The translations under genes and the position numbers were made by a program. From the human T2T-CHM13v2.0 reference genome, Homo sapiens: 64,000 nt of DNA. The notes beneath the pieces were generated by a model, which was given only the letters and a program-made list of their open reading frames with translations, searched no databases and was not told the origin of the DNA. The DNA lies in assembly GCF_009914755.1 (NCBI RefSeq), contig NC_060926.1. One strand, 5' to 3'. Of this stretch, positions 1 to 11,480 are shown piece by piece (positions within the stretch are counted from its first letter, which is position 1; every line of letters begins with the position of its first letter).

Positions 1-2351
1 ATATTGTGTGTTTTACAGATTTAAGGTTTGTGGCAACCCTGTGTTGAGTAAGTCTATTGGAATCATTTTTCAAAGAGCATGTGCTCACTGTATGTCCTCT
101 TTGTACATTTGGATAATTCCCTCAATATTTCAGATTTTATTATTATTAATATCTCCTGTGATCTGTAATAAATGATCTTTGATATTACTATTATAATTGT
201 TTTTGGGCACCAGGAAGCATGTCCATATAAGATATCAAATATAATTAATAAACATTGTATGTGTTCTGACTGCTCCATTGACCAGCTGTTTCCCATCTCT
301 CTCCCTCTCCTCTGGCCTCCCTATTCCCTGAGACACAACAATATTGATATTAGGCCAATTAATAAGCCTGCAATGGCCTTTAAATGTTTAAGTGAAAGGA
401 AGAGCCAAAAATCTCTCACTTTAAATCAAAAGCTAGAAATGATTAAGCTTGGTGAGGTAGGCATGTTAAATGCTGAAATAAGTCAAAAGCTAGGCCTCTT
501 GTGCCAAACCATTAGCCAAGTTGTGAATGCATAGGAAAAGTTTTTGAAGGAAAATAAAAGTGTTACCTACACAAATGAAAAGAAAGCCAAAAAGGCTGTT
601 GCCTTATTGCTGATAGGACAAACATTTTAGTGGTCTGGATGGAATATCAAAGCAGCCACAACATTCCCTTAAGTCAAAGCCTAATCCACAGCAAGACCTT
701 AGTTATTTTCAATTCCATGAAGGCTGAGAGAGGTGAAGCAGCTGCAGAAGACAAGTTAGAAGCTAGCAGAAGTTGGTTCATGATGTTTAAGGAAAGAAAT
801 CATCTTCATAACATAAGAGTGCAAGGTGAAGTAGCAAGTGCTAATGTAGAAGCTGCAGCAAGTTATCCAGAAGATCTAGCTAAGATCATTGATGAAGGTG
901 GCTACACTAAACAACAGATTGTCGGTGTAGACGAAACAGCCTTCTGTTGTATAAATATGCCATCTAGGACTTTCATAGCTAGAGAGGAAATGTCAGTGCC
1001 TGGCTTCAGAGTCCCAAAGGACAGGCTGACTCTCTTGTTAGTAGCTAATGTAGCTGATGACTTTAAGTTGAAGGCAGTGCTCATTTACCATACAAAAATT
1101 TCTACTGCCCTTAAGAATTATGCTAACTCTCTTCTGCCTGTGCTCTATAAATAGAACAACAAAGTCTGGATGACAGCACATTTGTTTACAACATGATTTG
1201 CTCAATATTTTAAGACCACTGTTGAGACCTATTACTAAAAAAATTTCAAAAATATTCCTGCTCATTTACAAAGCACCCAGTCACCCAAGAACTCTGATGG
1301 AGATGGATAAGGAGACGAATATTGTTTTCATGCCTGTTAACACAACATCCATTCTGTAGCCCATAGATTAACAAGACATTTCAACTTTCAAGTCTTATTA
1401 TTTAGGAAATATATTCATAGTGCTTTAGCTCCAATAGATAGTGTTTTCTGTAAAGAATATGGGAAAAGTAAATTGAAAACCTTCTGGAAAGGATTCACCA
1501 TTCTAGAAGCCATTAGGAACATTTGTGATTAACGGGGATGACGGGGGTCAAAATATCAATATTAACAGGAGTTCGGAAGAAGTTTATTTCAAACCTCATG
1601 GATGACTTTGAGGTGTTCAAGTTTTCACTGGAGGAAGTCACTGCAGATGTATAAATAGCAAGAAAACTAGAATTTGAAGTGGAGCCTGAAGATTTCACTG
1701 AATTGCTGCAATTTCCTGAGGAAACATAAATAGATGAAGGAGTTTCTTTTTATAGATGAGCAAAGAAAGTGGTTTCTTGAGGTAAAATCTACTCCTGGTG
1801 AAGATGCTGTGAAAATTATGAAATGACAAAAAAGGATTTATAATATTACATAAACTTAGTGGGTCCAGCAATGGCAGGTTTAGAGAGGCTTTATTCTACT
1901 TTTGAAAGAAATTTTACCATGGATACAATGACGTTAGACAAAACTGCATATTACATAGAAATCTTTCATGAAAAGAAGAGTCAATTGATGCAGCAAACTT
2001 CACTGTTTTATTTTAAGCATTTGCCACAGCCGCCCTGACCTTCAACAACCATCATCCTAAAAAGTCAGCAGCCATTAACATCAAGGCAAGACCCTCCACC
2101 AGCAACAAAACTACCACTGTCTGAAAGCTCAGATGATTGCAGGCATTTTTAGCAATAAAGTATTTTTAAATTAAGATATGTGAATTATTTTCAGACATAA
2201 TGCTATTGCACACAGAAGAGTACAGTATAGCATAAACATAAATTCTATATATATGGGGAAACCAAAACAGAAATTTCTGTGACTTGCTTGATTGCAATCA
2301 TCACTTTATATAGTAATCTGGGCCCAAATCCACAATTTTGAGGTATGCCTA
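1..2351 (+). mobile_element. Tigger1 DNA transposon (TcMar-Tigger), near full length; left TIR lies just outside the window
   Basis: Continuous similarity to the Tigger1 consensus from base 1. Right TIR ...GAGGTATGCCT(A) ends at 2351, followed by TA. Pogo/CENP-B-like transposase remnants are in the ORF track. Confidence 0.95.
373..1729 (+). pseudogene. Disrupted Tigger1 (pogo-family DDE) transposase
   Basis: ATG at 373 gives [23 protein letters not shown] (HTH) with a premature TAG at 532-534. ORF 630-1154 carries ASRSWF..FKER and [13 protein letters not shown] motifs. Further stops and frameshifts follow. Confidence 0.9.
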
Positions 2352-2571
2352 TATATGTCTATTTATTTCTAATCTATCTATTTATAAGTTCAATTAGGAC
2401 CTCATATTCATTGTCTCAAACAAAACATTTTCTTCAGTTTGGCTAAAGTTTTGAGTGACCTGCTTCTCCTCTTTTGTTTCATACTTCAAAAAATGCCATC
2501 ACCTTCCACTCAGTTCCCCAAACCAGCTCCCAAGAAATTTTATTTGATTTAACCCTCTTTCTTGTTTTAAT

Positions 2572-2803
2572 TTTCCTTAACTTTGTTGAGGTATAATTGA
2601 CAAATAAAAAGTGTACCTGTTTAAGGTGTACAATGTGATGTTTTGATATATGTATACATCGTGAAATAATCACCACAATCAAGCTAATTAGCATAACCAG
2701 AATCTCACACAGTTACATTTTGGTGATGAGAACACTTAGGATTTACCCACATAGGAAGTTTCAAGTGTACAATACGATATTGTTAGCTATAGTCACCATG
2801 CTG
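2572..2803 (-). mobile_element. L1MA/L1MB 3'-end fragment
   Basis: TTGAGGTATAATTGACAAATAAAA..GTACAATGTGATGTTTTGATATATGTATAC..TATAGTCACCATGCTGTA is the typical antisense L1M 3' terminus. Confidence 0.8.
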
Positions 2804-3285
2804 TAAGCAGAGTAGATGTCCATTTCTTGCCCTTTACATTTGATCAAGTCACTCAGTTTTATCAGTGTCATTTGAATGTACGTTAACTAAATCTCTATCA
2901 AAACACCTCATTTCCCCCATTCACTTTTCCACTATTAAAGTTCAGGCTATTATTATTAATTCGAACCTTGGTCACTTTTAAAACCTCCAAGGTTATCACC
3001 ATTCCTTCAGTTTTGTCCCTGCTGTCCCCACACAAACTGATTTTTTTCTTGTGGCCAGAATAATGCTTTTTCTAAACACAAATGTACTGTTTAACTGTAC
3101 CCCTCTTTTTTAGTAAAACATTGGTATCCAAATGCCTTTCAGATCAATTATATAACATGTACTCTATTCAGAGCTCTTGCACACACTGGTTGTTACCTTT
3201 CTATATGCATGCTCCTCATTTTTATTCCATTTTTCCCATGTTTCAACCAACCTGAACTTCTTTCAGTTCATCAGTTATGGCATGG

Positions 3286-4107
3286 TGTCTCAGTTCGAGT
3301 TTATCCAAAAGCAGACCTTGAGACAAGGGTTTACTTACATGTTGTCTTGGTCCATCCAGTTTCTTAAAACAAATTACCATGAACTGTTTAGCTTATAACC
3401 AACTGAACTTTACTTGTCACAGTTCTGGGAGCTGGGAAGTCCAACATCAATACACCAGCAGATTTGTTGTCTGGTGATGGCCCATTTTATGGTAAAAAAA
3501 AATACAGCAACTTCTCACTGTGTCCTCACATGGTAGATAGAATGGACAAGGGAGCTATCTGAAGCCTCTTTTATAAGGGCATTAATCTCACTTAAGGGGA
3601 CTGATTATTTGCCCAAATCTTCACCTTCTAATACCATGACCTTGGGGTTTGAGGTTTCAGTATATAAATTTTGGGGGACAAAAACATTCAGACTATCACA
3701 CATACATTTTAATAGGGAGTTGATGTCAGAAATCACCAGTGAGGTAATAGGAAAATGAGACAAAGAAGGAAAGCAGTCAGTAATGGATGGATTAGTGAAC
3801 ATGCTACCGCTGTTGGTTTTGAAAGCTTAACCTAACTGTGGAGCTCTGGGGTCCAGTGTAGAACACATGCATTTGAGTTGTCCAGTCTCAGAGGCAAGAG
3901 AGCCAGGATATCCATACACTAAATCCTGGGAGGGGGATTAGTTTCTTGGTATTTCCAGCCATTTGCACACAGGCGGAACAGATTCCAGCAACCAGAGATA
4001 GTCTCCAGGCAGAAAGATACAGGCTTAGATGCTTGAAAAAGTGTTTCAGGCTGTGGCAATTATAAGGACTTAGGGGATATTGATGGAGGATTCACATAGT
4101 CAGCTAC
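3286..4107 (-). mobile_element. Old ERVL LTR (LTR16/LTR33-like), interrupted by MLT1A
   Basis: TGTCTCAGTTCG..AAGCAGACCTTGAGACAAGG start, resuming at 3701 (GGGAGTTGATGTCAGAAATCACCAGT..). Confidence 0.6.
3343..3700 (-). mobile_element. MLT1A/MLT1A0 MaLR solo LTR
   Basis: CACAGTTCTGGGAGCTGGGAAGTCCAACATCAA..TGTCCTCACATGG..TTTTGGGGGACAAAAACATTCAGAC. Confidence 0.85.
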
Positions 4108-5989
4108 GTAACATTTTCATGCCTCTGTGTCTTCCTAAGGCTATCCCATTTGCTTGGGTGCTATCTTGCCCATGCCTTCGATACCCAACTAATTTCTTCT
4201 CATTCTTCCTTTGTTAGTTTGAACATAAATTATTCTTTATGCTTTCTTTGGCCTCCCAAATCTGTGCTAGTCACCTCTTCTGGTGACTAGCACAGATTTG
4301 GAAAAAAAAGGTATATACCCTTTTTTCCACTATCTTAGTTAGAATTTATTACACCAACAGGTTAGTGAAGAGAATGTGATAAGTAGATACACATAAAAAT
4401 ATTGTCATAGAGTTATTGGAAGTAGATGGGTTGTTCATGATTAGAAATATCCAAGAAAGCTCACTGGGAGGCACAATATTTAAATTGATCCTTGGGAATA
4501 AAAAGAAATAAACTTTTAACAAAGACACTGAGGTAGTTCAGGCTTATTGGTGAAATGGTAGACATAACAGTATGACTGGGATACAGATGTCATAACAAAA
4601 TGTAGAGGGAGACCCAGTTCCTAATACCAGCATGATAATGTGAGCCTACAAGCCATGTCAGATTTGGGCCATGTAAATATTTGATGAGAGAAATTGATAA
4701 GTACAACAGCAAAACAATGACAAAGTCACATACATGCATACACAGCAAAGATACTATGTATCTTAATTGTCCTAAACATGCTAAGGAAATTGTAGGTGCA
4801 GAATTGACCTTTTTAGTTTATATGACTGCTTATTATTCTTCATCAGGCAAACTGTTGTGGTGTCCAAAGACTTAAAAGTGAAATGACTTTAAAGAGCAAA
4901 AAGGTTTTGTTCTATACAAATGCATTGCAAATCACTTATTGTAGATCTATATTAGCTCAACTGTTTTAGGCTTTCAGGAATCATAAAACATTAAAACATA
5001 AAGATCTTATGGTCTCTGATTTATAAAATATATTTCATCATATACTTCTACACTGAATGTTTAATTATATTTATTATGAAAAGATATGACTTTTTTGTGT
5101 AATTAAAATCATTGTATGTGTATAGTAGAAATGTAATTATAACAATTATATTACATAAAGAGAAATATTATAAAAAAGAGACAATTAGGTATTTTGCTCA
5201 AACAAATTAAATTTCACAACTATATGTGATACATAATTACCAGTTACTCTTAAAAGCTTTTACTGACAGTGTGTGTCTCAAAATAGAATGCAGCCTAAAA
5301 CTCTAGCCTAGATTGAAGTGTGGTTGTTTTAAGACTTAGAGAGGAAAGAACCAATAATAATGTTGACCTCTTGCCATGTAGTAGAATTAAGTAGAACACA
5401 TGTGAGTCTCAGGATGTACCTCAGAGCTGAGAGAAATACAGGTTCATAAACACATGTGGGAAAGAAGTACTTCAGCAGAAGGCTGGATGGTGTCTGGGCA
5501 GTCAGGTGGATTCAGAGGATGGCTGGGCTTCCCTGGAAATTATCAGCATTTTCTTTGTAAGGGAGCTTGAAATTCTGGGTTTTATACTTAAGCTTACTGA
5601 GAAATAAGTTCCTGAAGATACATATTCAGAAAAAAATCAAGGAAGTAAAACTCACCTTCTACATTTGCTTTACTTTTAATGTAGAACCTGCAGATTATTA
5701 TTGGATTCTTTTATTATTATTTTATTTGTTTATAATATTTGGTCTTAGATTATTAATTGATTTACTTTTATGAATTTATTTATAATAGTCTTGATTTTTC
5801 CAAGAAATATATAAAACAACTTAAATTATTAAGGCATATGAAAATTGGAAATAAGCAAGTTGTAGAAAGGGAAATTCAGAGGAAATTTAGCCAAAATAAC
5901 TTCTCTAGAAGATCAGAAGTTGTTACTACAACCAAAGAGCGCTTTTAATCTTTGTACCCAGGAAGCTAAATCAGAAAAAGAACATTCAA

Positions 5990-6160
5990 AGCTGTGTGAT
6001 CTTCAGCAATTTAGTCAAAGTCTTTAAGAACCATTTTTTTAAGTATGAAAATGGAGTTAATAAAACATCCGTACCATATCTGGTAGTTGTGAGGATAAAA
6101 TGAGAGAATGTGTGAGTCTTGGCACGTTACATGGGAAATGCCAAAAGCTCAAATATTAGC
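5990..6160 (+). mobile_element. MIR
   Basis: GCTGTGTGATCTT..AAAATGGAGTTAATAA..GTTGTGAGGATAAAATGAGA core. Confidence 0.7.
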
Positions 6161-6288
6161 CTATGTCTTCCTCCTTCTACTCTTTTTCCTTCCCTACTTC
6201 TTCTTGCTAATCCTCCTCTGCCTCTTTTTAGCCCATCTTCTTTTCCCTCTTCCCAACTTATTTTATTATTAAGAAAATTTAGTTTTCC

Positions 6289-6600
<312 letters not shown>

Positions 6601-6779
6601 TCATTGAGGAAATATTTTAAATCAATTACTATCTAGACACTAGAGATACACCAATAGTAAGTTATCTATTTTTATGGAGTTTATATTCTTCCTTACAACA
6701 AAAGTCATAATATTGTTTACAAAGGCTTTGTGAGGAATACATAAGTTAATGGATGTGCAGGGAACAGCACAATACCTGA

Positions 6780-6935
6780 CTGTTGTTATCATTATTAATA
6801 ACATAGACCTTATCATTATTATCAATATTACACTAGCATTAGTAATTGTAATAATAATAGTTGTAGTTATAGTTGAAGTGATCGCAGTTGTCATTATATT
6901 CATTGTAATAGTCATTGTCATCATTGTAGTGGTCT
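6780..6935. repeat. Degenerate (ATT/GTT/ATC)n low-complexity tract after a MIR 3' fragment (about 6715-6780)
   Basis: Triplet periodicity, which explains the Ile/Val-rich and Thr/Ile-rich ORFs here. Confidence 0.75.
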
Positions 6936-7552
6936 TTCTAATTTCAATGACACGAATATTATACCAGTGTACATTTCAGGAATGACTAAAGAGTTAATTG
7001 TAGACAAACTATTTCACACAACTCGGATAATGCTTAGACAGTAACTAACTCTAATGGAAAATTCCAAGTACTAAGCCACTGCCATATGATACTCTAGAGT
7101 TTTTACAAGTGGGCAACATTCGTGATCTAAATTCTGAAGACTTCCAACAAGAAGGACATATTGGTCACCAGAATGTGCGTGTGTGTTTGTGTGCATGCAT
7201 GTGTGTGTGCATGTGTGTGTGTTTCATTGACTTTGTATAACCAAGGAAAAGGCAGCTTCCTTTACTCCTTGAAAACAGTGATAAGAAGTTGTTCTATGGG
7301 TGTTATTCCAATAACAGCTTATTTCTGATTATAATTATTTCTCTCTTTTACTGATGGCAAATTTATTTCCCACATAATGTTGATTCTCAATTTCCTTTTG
7401 TACATGATTCCCCCAAATTTAGCTGAGACTGGTTTCTTTGGAAATATTAGTGTCACCAGTTCCCCATGCTCTGTCAAAATGAAACAAAAACAAATTAAAA
7501 TGACTACTGAACAAATATTCAATGTACTATATATGATATATATGTTATATAT

Positions 7553-7654
7553 CCATTCCCATGATCCAAATGCCTCCCACCAGGCCCCACCTCCAGCACT
7601 GGGGATTATAATTCAACTTAAGATTTGGGTGGGGACAAATATTCAAACTATGTC
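7553..7654 (-). mobile_element. MST-type MaLR LTR fragment
   Basis: CCCATGATCCAAATGCCTCCCACCAGGCCCCACCTCCAGCACTGGGGATTA..TTTGGGTGGGGACAAAT. Confidence 0.85.
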
Positions 7655-8205
7655 AACCTCTGTTCCAGATTTTCTTCAAGGCAATTCTATGTCCTTATAA
7701 ACACAAAGTCCTTTCTTAGACATAATTCTCATTTCTTTGCTTTTCGACCTCTTCCTATTCTTCTTCCAAACTTAATGGTGGCCACCTCAATGCTATCTGA
7801 AATGAGAGTTGGGAAGGCCATTGTGTGCATTAAAGGCTGCCCCCGATTGGAGTTATTTAGTTCAACTGCAAAGACTTACTGGACTCCAGTCACTAAAAAT
7901 CTCTTTCAATCTTATGTGTTGCTATTTGGAGTCTGGTAGCAGCCTGCATTTTCAATGCTGTAGGACTCTGGACCTTTGGATTTTTTCCAGTTGTCTTGGA
8001 TATCTACTTAAAAGTCAGGCAATACTTGCCTGAGCTCCCCTTTTTTTGTAATACTGTGCCAAATACAGTCAATAGAATTTGACAGTCACTGTGACTTTTT
8101 CCAACTACTTTCCCTGAGAGTTACAGAAATCAAGTAGTCTAAATTAAAGCAATTACTTACCAATGTTTGTCATAGAAAAACAAATATTTCCAGTCTTCTT
8201 GCCTA

Positions 8206-8410
8206 ATATATATATATGTGTGTGTGTGTATGTGTGTATATATATATACACATACATACATATATATCTATACACATACATACATACATATCTATACACA
8301 TACATACATATATATCTGAGGCAGCCTTTAAACATATAAATAAATATATACGTGTATATATATGTTTGGCCAGAAGACTGCAGATATATATATATATACA
8401 CACGCACACA
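8206..8410. repeat. Compound (TA)/(TG)/(CATA) microsatellite with unique inserts
   Basis: Directly visible in the sequence. Confidence 0.9.
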
Positions 8411-8457
8411 ATTGCCACCCACAAACCAATCACTAAGCCAAGGCCAAGGTGTCTATC

Positions 8458-8872
8458 TGTATAATAGTTGAGGGTAACATATGCTGCTGAAACAAATAAA
8501 CCCCCAAACCTCAGTAGCTTAACATGATCAGTTTATTTTTCAGCCACCTAAAGTCCAATAAGTGATGGCTTTCTAATAGTAAACTAAAGACCTACCTAAG
8601 TATCTATTATTTATGTTTTCTACCATTCCCCAGCATAATAAAGTCCTATGAATCAGCCTGTGGGCAAAGGAGAGAGACAGGGGGTCTGTTTGTAGAAAGC
8701 TTTTATAACGCAGGCCTACAGGTTGTCCACATTACTTTTATCTACATTTTCATTGGTTAAATAAGTTACATGTGGTCATATGTAATTTCAAGGGAGGCTG
8801 GGAAATATCAAGTAGTGGCTTTTGGAACAAGAGGAAACATGTTTGTGGGACACCTAGGTGACCTCTGCCACA
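8458..8872 (-). mobile_element. Old MaLR LTR (MLT1I/J/K-like)
   Basis: TATGCTGCTGAAACAAATAAACCCCCAAACCTCAGTAGCTTAA..CAAGGGAGGCTGGGAAAT..CTCTGCCACA. Confidence 0.7.
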
Positions 8873-9138
8873 TTTGTCAAAAAACAAACTAAAATGCTTA
8901 GTCTATTGAAGAAAAATAATTAGAACTTTTCAGTAAGTCTTTTAGTCTGACACAGCTCATTATTCTCCTCTGTGCCTGTCTAATCTCTCCTCTTAGAAAG
9001 GAACATACTGGATGAAATTCAGCTGGGAAGCTTTGGGGCCCTGCCTGTCATGGTGGTGAGGAAATTCATGCAAAGGCTGAAGACTGCAGGACTCAGGGTG
9101 TTTTAGAACTATTACAAGAATTTTTTAAAATTAAAATT

Positions 9139-9441
9139 GGCTGGGTGAAGTGGTTCACACCTTTAATCGCAGCACTTTGGGAGGCCGAGGCGGGCAGATC
9201 ACGAGATCCAGAGTTGGAGGCCAACCTGGCCCCAACATAGTAAAACCCTGTCTTTACTAAAAATACAAAAAAAAAAAAAAAAATTAGCCAGGCACGGCGG
9301 CAGGTGCCTGTAATCCCAGCTACTCAGGAGGCTGAGGCGAGAGAATCGCTTGAACCTGGGAAGTGGAGATCTCACCACTGCACTCCAGCCAGAAGCCAGA
9401 GCTGGAGCTTTTAAAAAAAAAAAAAAAAAAAGAAAAGAAAA
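9139..9441 (+). mobile_element. AluS (Sg-like) with a 16-bp internal deletion at GAG microhomology
   Basis: Dimeric Alu with poly(A). GGAGGTTGCAGTGAGCCGAGATC is collapsed to GGAGATC near 9365. Confidence 0.92.
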
Positions 9442-11019
9442 TCATGTTGCTTACCCTATTGAGAGATTAATCAAAAGTGGCTGGAAAGAGATATAAAAAT
9501 AAATTTCAAAAGTCAGATTCTGAAGATATTTAAGATCAAAACAAGATGGTTAGGATGGAAGGAGAAGCAACGCTGGAAAGAGTGGCTGAGATATTTCCAT
9601 GAAGTGAAAGTGTGTTTTCCTCAGAATTCTCTAGTTTCTGCTGGGGGTAGGATAAGAGTTAATGAGAGCTCTGAGATGACCAGGATAACACCAACAGAAA
9701 GTGACAGAGTTTTCTGCTCTCTTTATAAACATGAAATAAATCCTCAAAATCTAAAAGGAGAAAACGTCCTCAAGTACTAACATTGCTTTTGCTGTCACAT
9801 TTGTCCTGGCTTTGCAGAGGTTAAAAAGATTATTGCATAGCAGCTTCCAAGCATGGAAAAAGGAGGTAATCAAATTGGACCACAGCCCAGGGAAACTGTG
9901 AGGTCTTACTGAGCACTGCGTGCCAGTGGAAAGAAGCATTTTGAAAGGTAAACTGGTGGGGGCGATGGGGTTCAGATATTCTCTGAGACCGGGAACGTCA
10001 CTGCTCTCCCCGGGAAGCTGCTTTAGGCACAGTGCTCCTGCCTGACTCGGGAAGACTGCTCTCCTGGCCTCCTGGAAGTCATATGGGAAACAGGTACGCC
10101 TCCTCATGTTGCATCTTTATTCTAAGCTCACCAGCCATCCGTATAAGATTTCAGAAATCCAGGCAGACCAGAGTCACTCCCTGAACATGGGCCATGAAAC
10201 AGCATAAGGAGTGGAAAGAGACTGTGATGGGAATCAGAGGACCTTAACTGAAGTTCATGACAATCAGGTCTGGCCAGTGGCCAGTCGCTTGACCATACTG
10301 AGCTTCAGCTGTTCTGTCACTGAAATGGTTACAGGGGATTCCTCAATAGCAGGGATAGTGTTCTATCCCATGTGTCTTCATGCACAGTGTAAGTGCTTCG
10401 TAAAAGTCGATAGAATAAACAAAAAGAAAACAAAGCAAGTACATGACCATATACAACACATTTTCATCGATGCTTAAATTACAATGAAATTATTTATAAA
10501 AACTTTTAATAAAATTATGACATTCACATTCTTACTATAAGTCAGTAACTGATTAAACTTGTTTCTGAACAAGGCAGATTCCATGGAGGAAATATCTGTC
10601 TACTCGACTACTTATTCTTATGTAAGCCTTGTCTTCCTGTAGAATTACTTAAATCAGACTCACCAGCTCTAGCTGTGTGGCAGGAAACAGGTGCAAGCAC
10701 TCTGAGTTGGATTCAGATCATCTAGGAATTGGAGCTTCTAGCTGAAGAGTAAATCTGTGTGCATGCTCTTGACACATCCTTCCCCATCTGACAAGTTTTC
10801 CTGTCTTCTTCGGTGAGCTTTGAGACAGACAACCAGTGATGGAGGAAGAGGAAGTGTGACAGGTTCCACCTCCCCTTATAATCTATAGCATATCAGGTTC
10901 ACAGCCATATCACCCAACAACCTGTATAACTAAAATAACACATAGGCTCTGCTCCCAAATATTGGTGAGATAAATATACACACATGAATAAAAATATATA
11001 TTAATTAGTAAAGAAATGC

Positions 11020-11480
11020 CAGGCAAAAGACAATGATGGCCTACAAATGTTTGGGACAAAATGTATGTGCTGTGTGTTTGGAGGCAGAGGAGAGTAGAAG
11101 ACTGGGTTGTCAATAAATGCTTCTGAGATGCTTCAGACTTACTACAGGTATCGACTGATGCTTTGTGTTGGGAAAAATAATACTTGAAAATAATTCTGGG
11201 GGCCTTGAGCAGGTGAAAAAGCATAAATGAATGTATAGCACATGCAGGGTGTGGTTGGTCACCAGGTGAGAAATTACATAAGGAGAAGAGTTGTTGATGA
11301 GAAAGAGCAGATCAGGTGGGATCAGAATGTCATGTTTTTGTCAGTAATAGGTAGATAGTGATTGATGGCTTTTCAGCAGAGACATAGTATGATCACATTA
11401 ATGTTTTAGAAAAATACTTTCAGTTACAGTGCTAGGAAAAGGATTGCACAGAGAAAGAATAGAAGTAGGAAATGAATATA
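11020..11480 (-). mobile_element. L2 fragment
   Basis: TTTTCAGCAGAGACATAGTATGATCACATTAATGTTTTAGAAAA matches antisense L2. Confidence 0.55.

Larger units (their letters stand above)
2850..4290 (+). mobile_element. Degraded L2, split by nested LTRs
   Basis: L2-like text ends near 3285 (CCTGAACTTCTTTCAGTTC) and resumes near 4112 (TTTCATGCCTCTGTG..TTTGCTTGG). Confidence 0.5.

Noticed and set aside
630-1154. 174-aa transposase ORF as a domesticated TIGD-like gene
   Set aside because: It has a non-ATG start, an upstream stop at 532-534, and the catalytic region is broken downstream. This is an ordinary decayed Tigger1.
6749-6985. Hydrophobic Ile/Val-rich ORF resembling a membrane micropeptide
   Set aside because: It is the translation of a degenerate (ATT/GTT)n tract after a MIR fragment.
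9751-10107. 118-aa minus-strand ORF and a CAG|GTACGC donor-like site near 10093
   Set aside because: No recognisable homology or paired acceptor. A lncRNA exon cannot be excluded but is unsupported from sequence alone.
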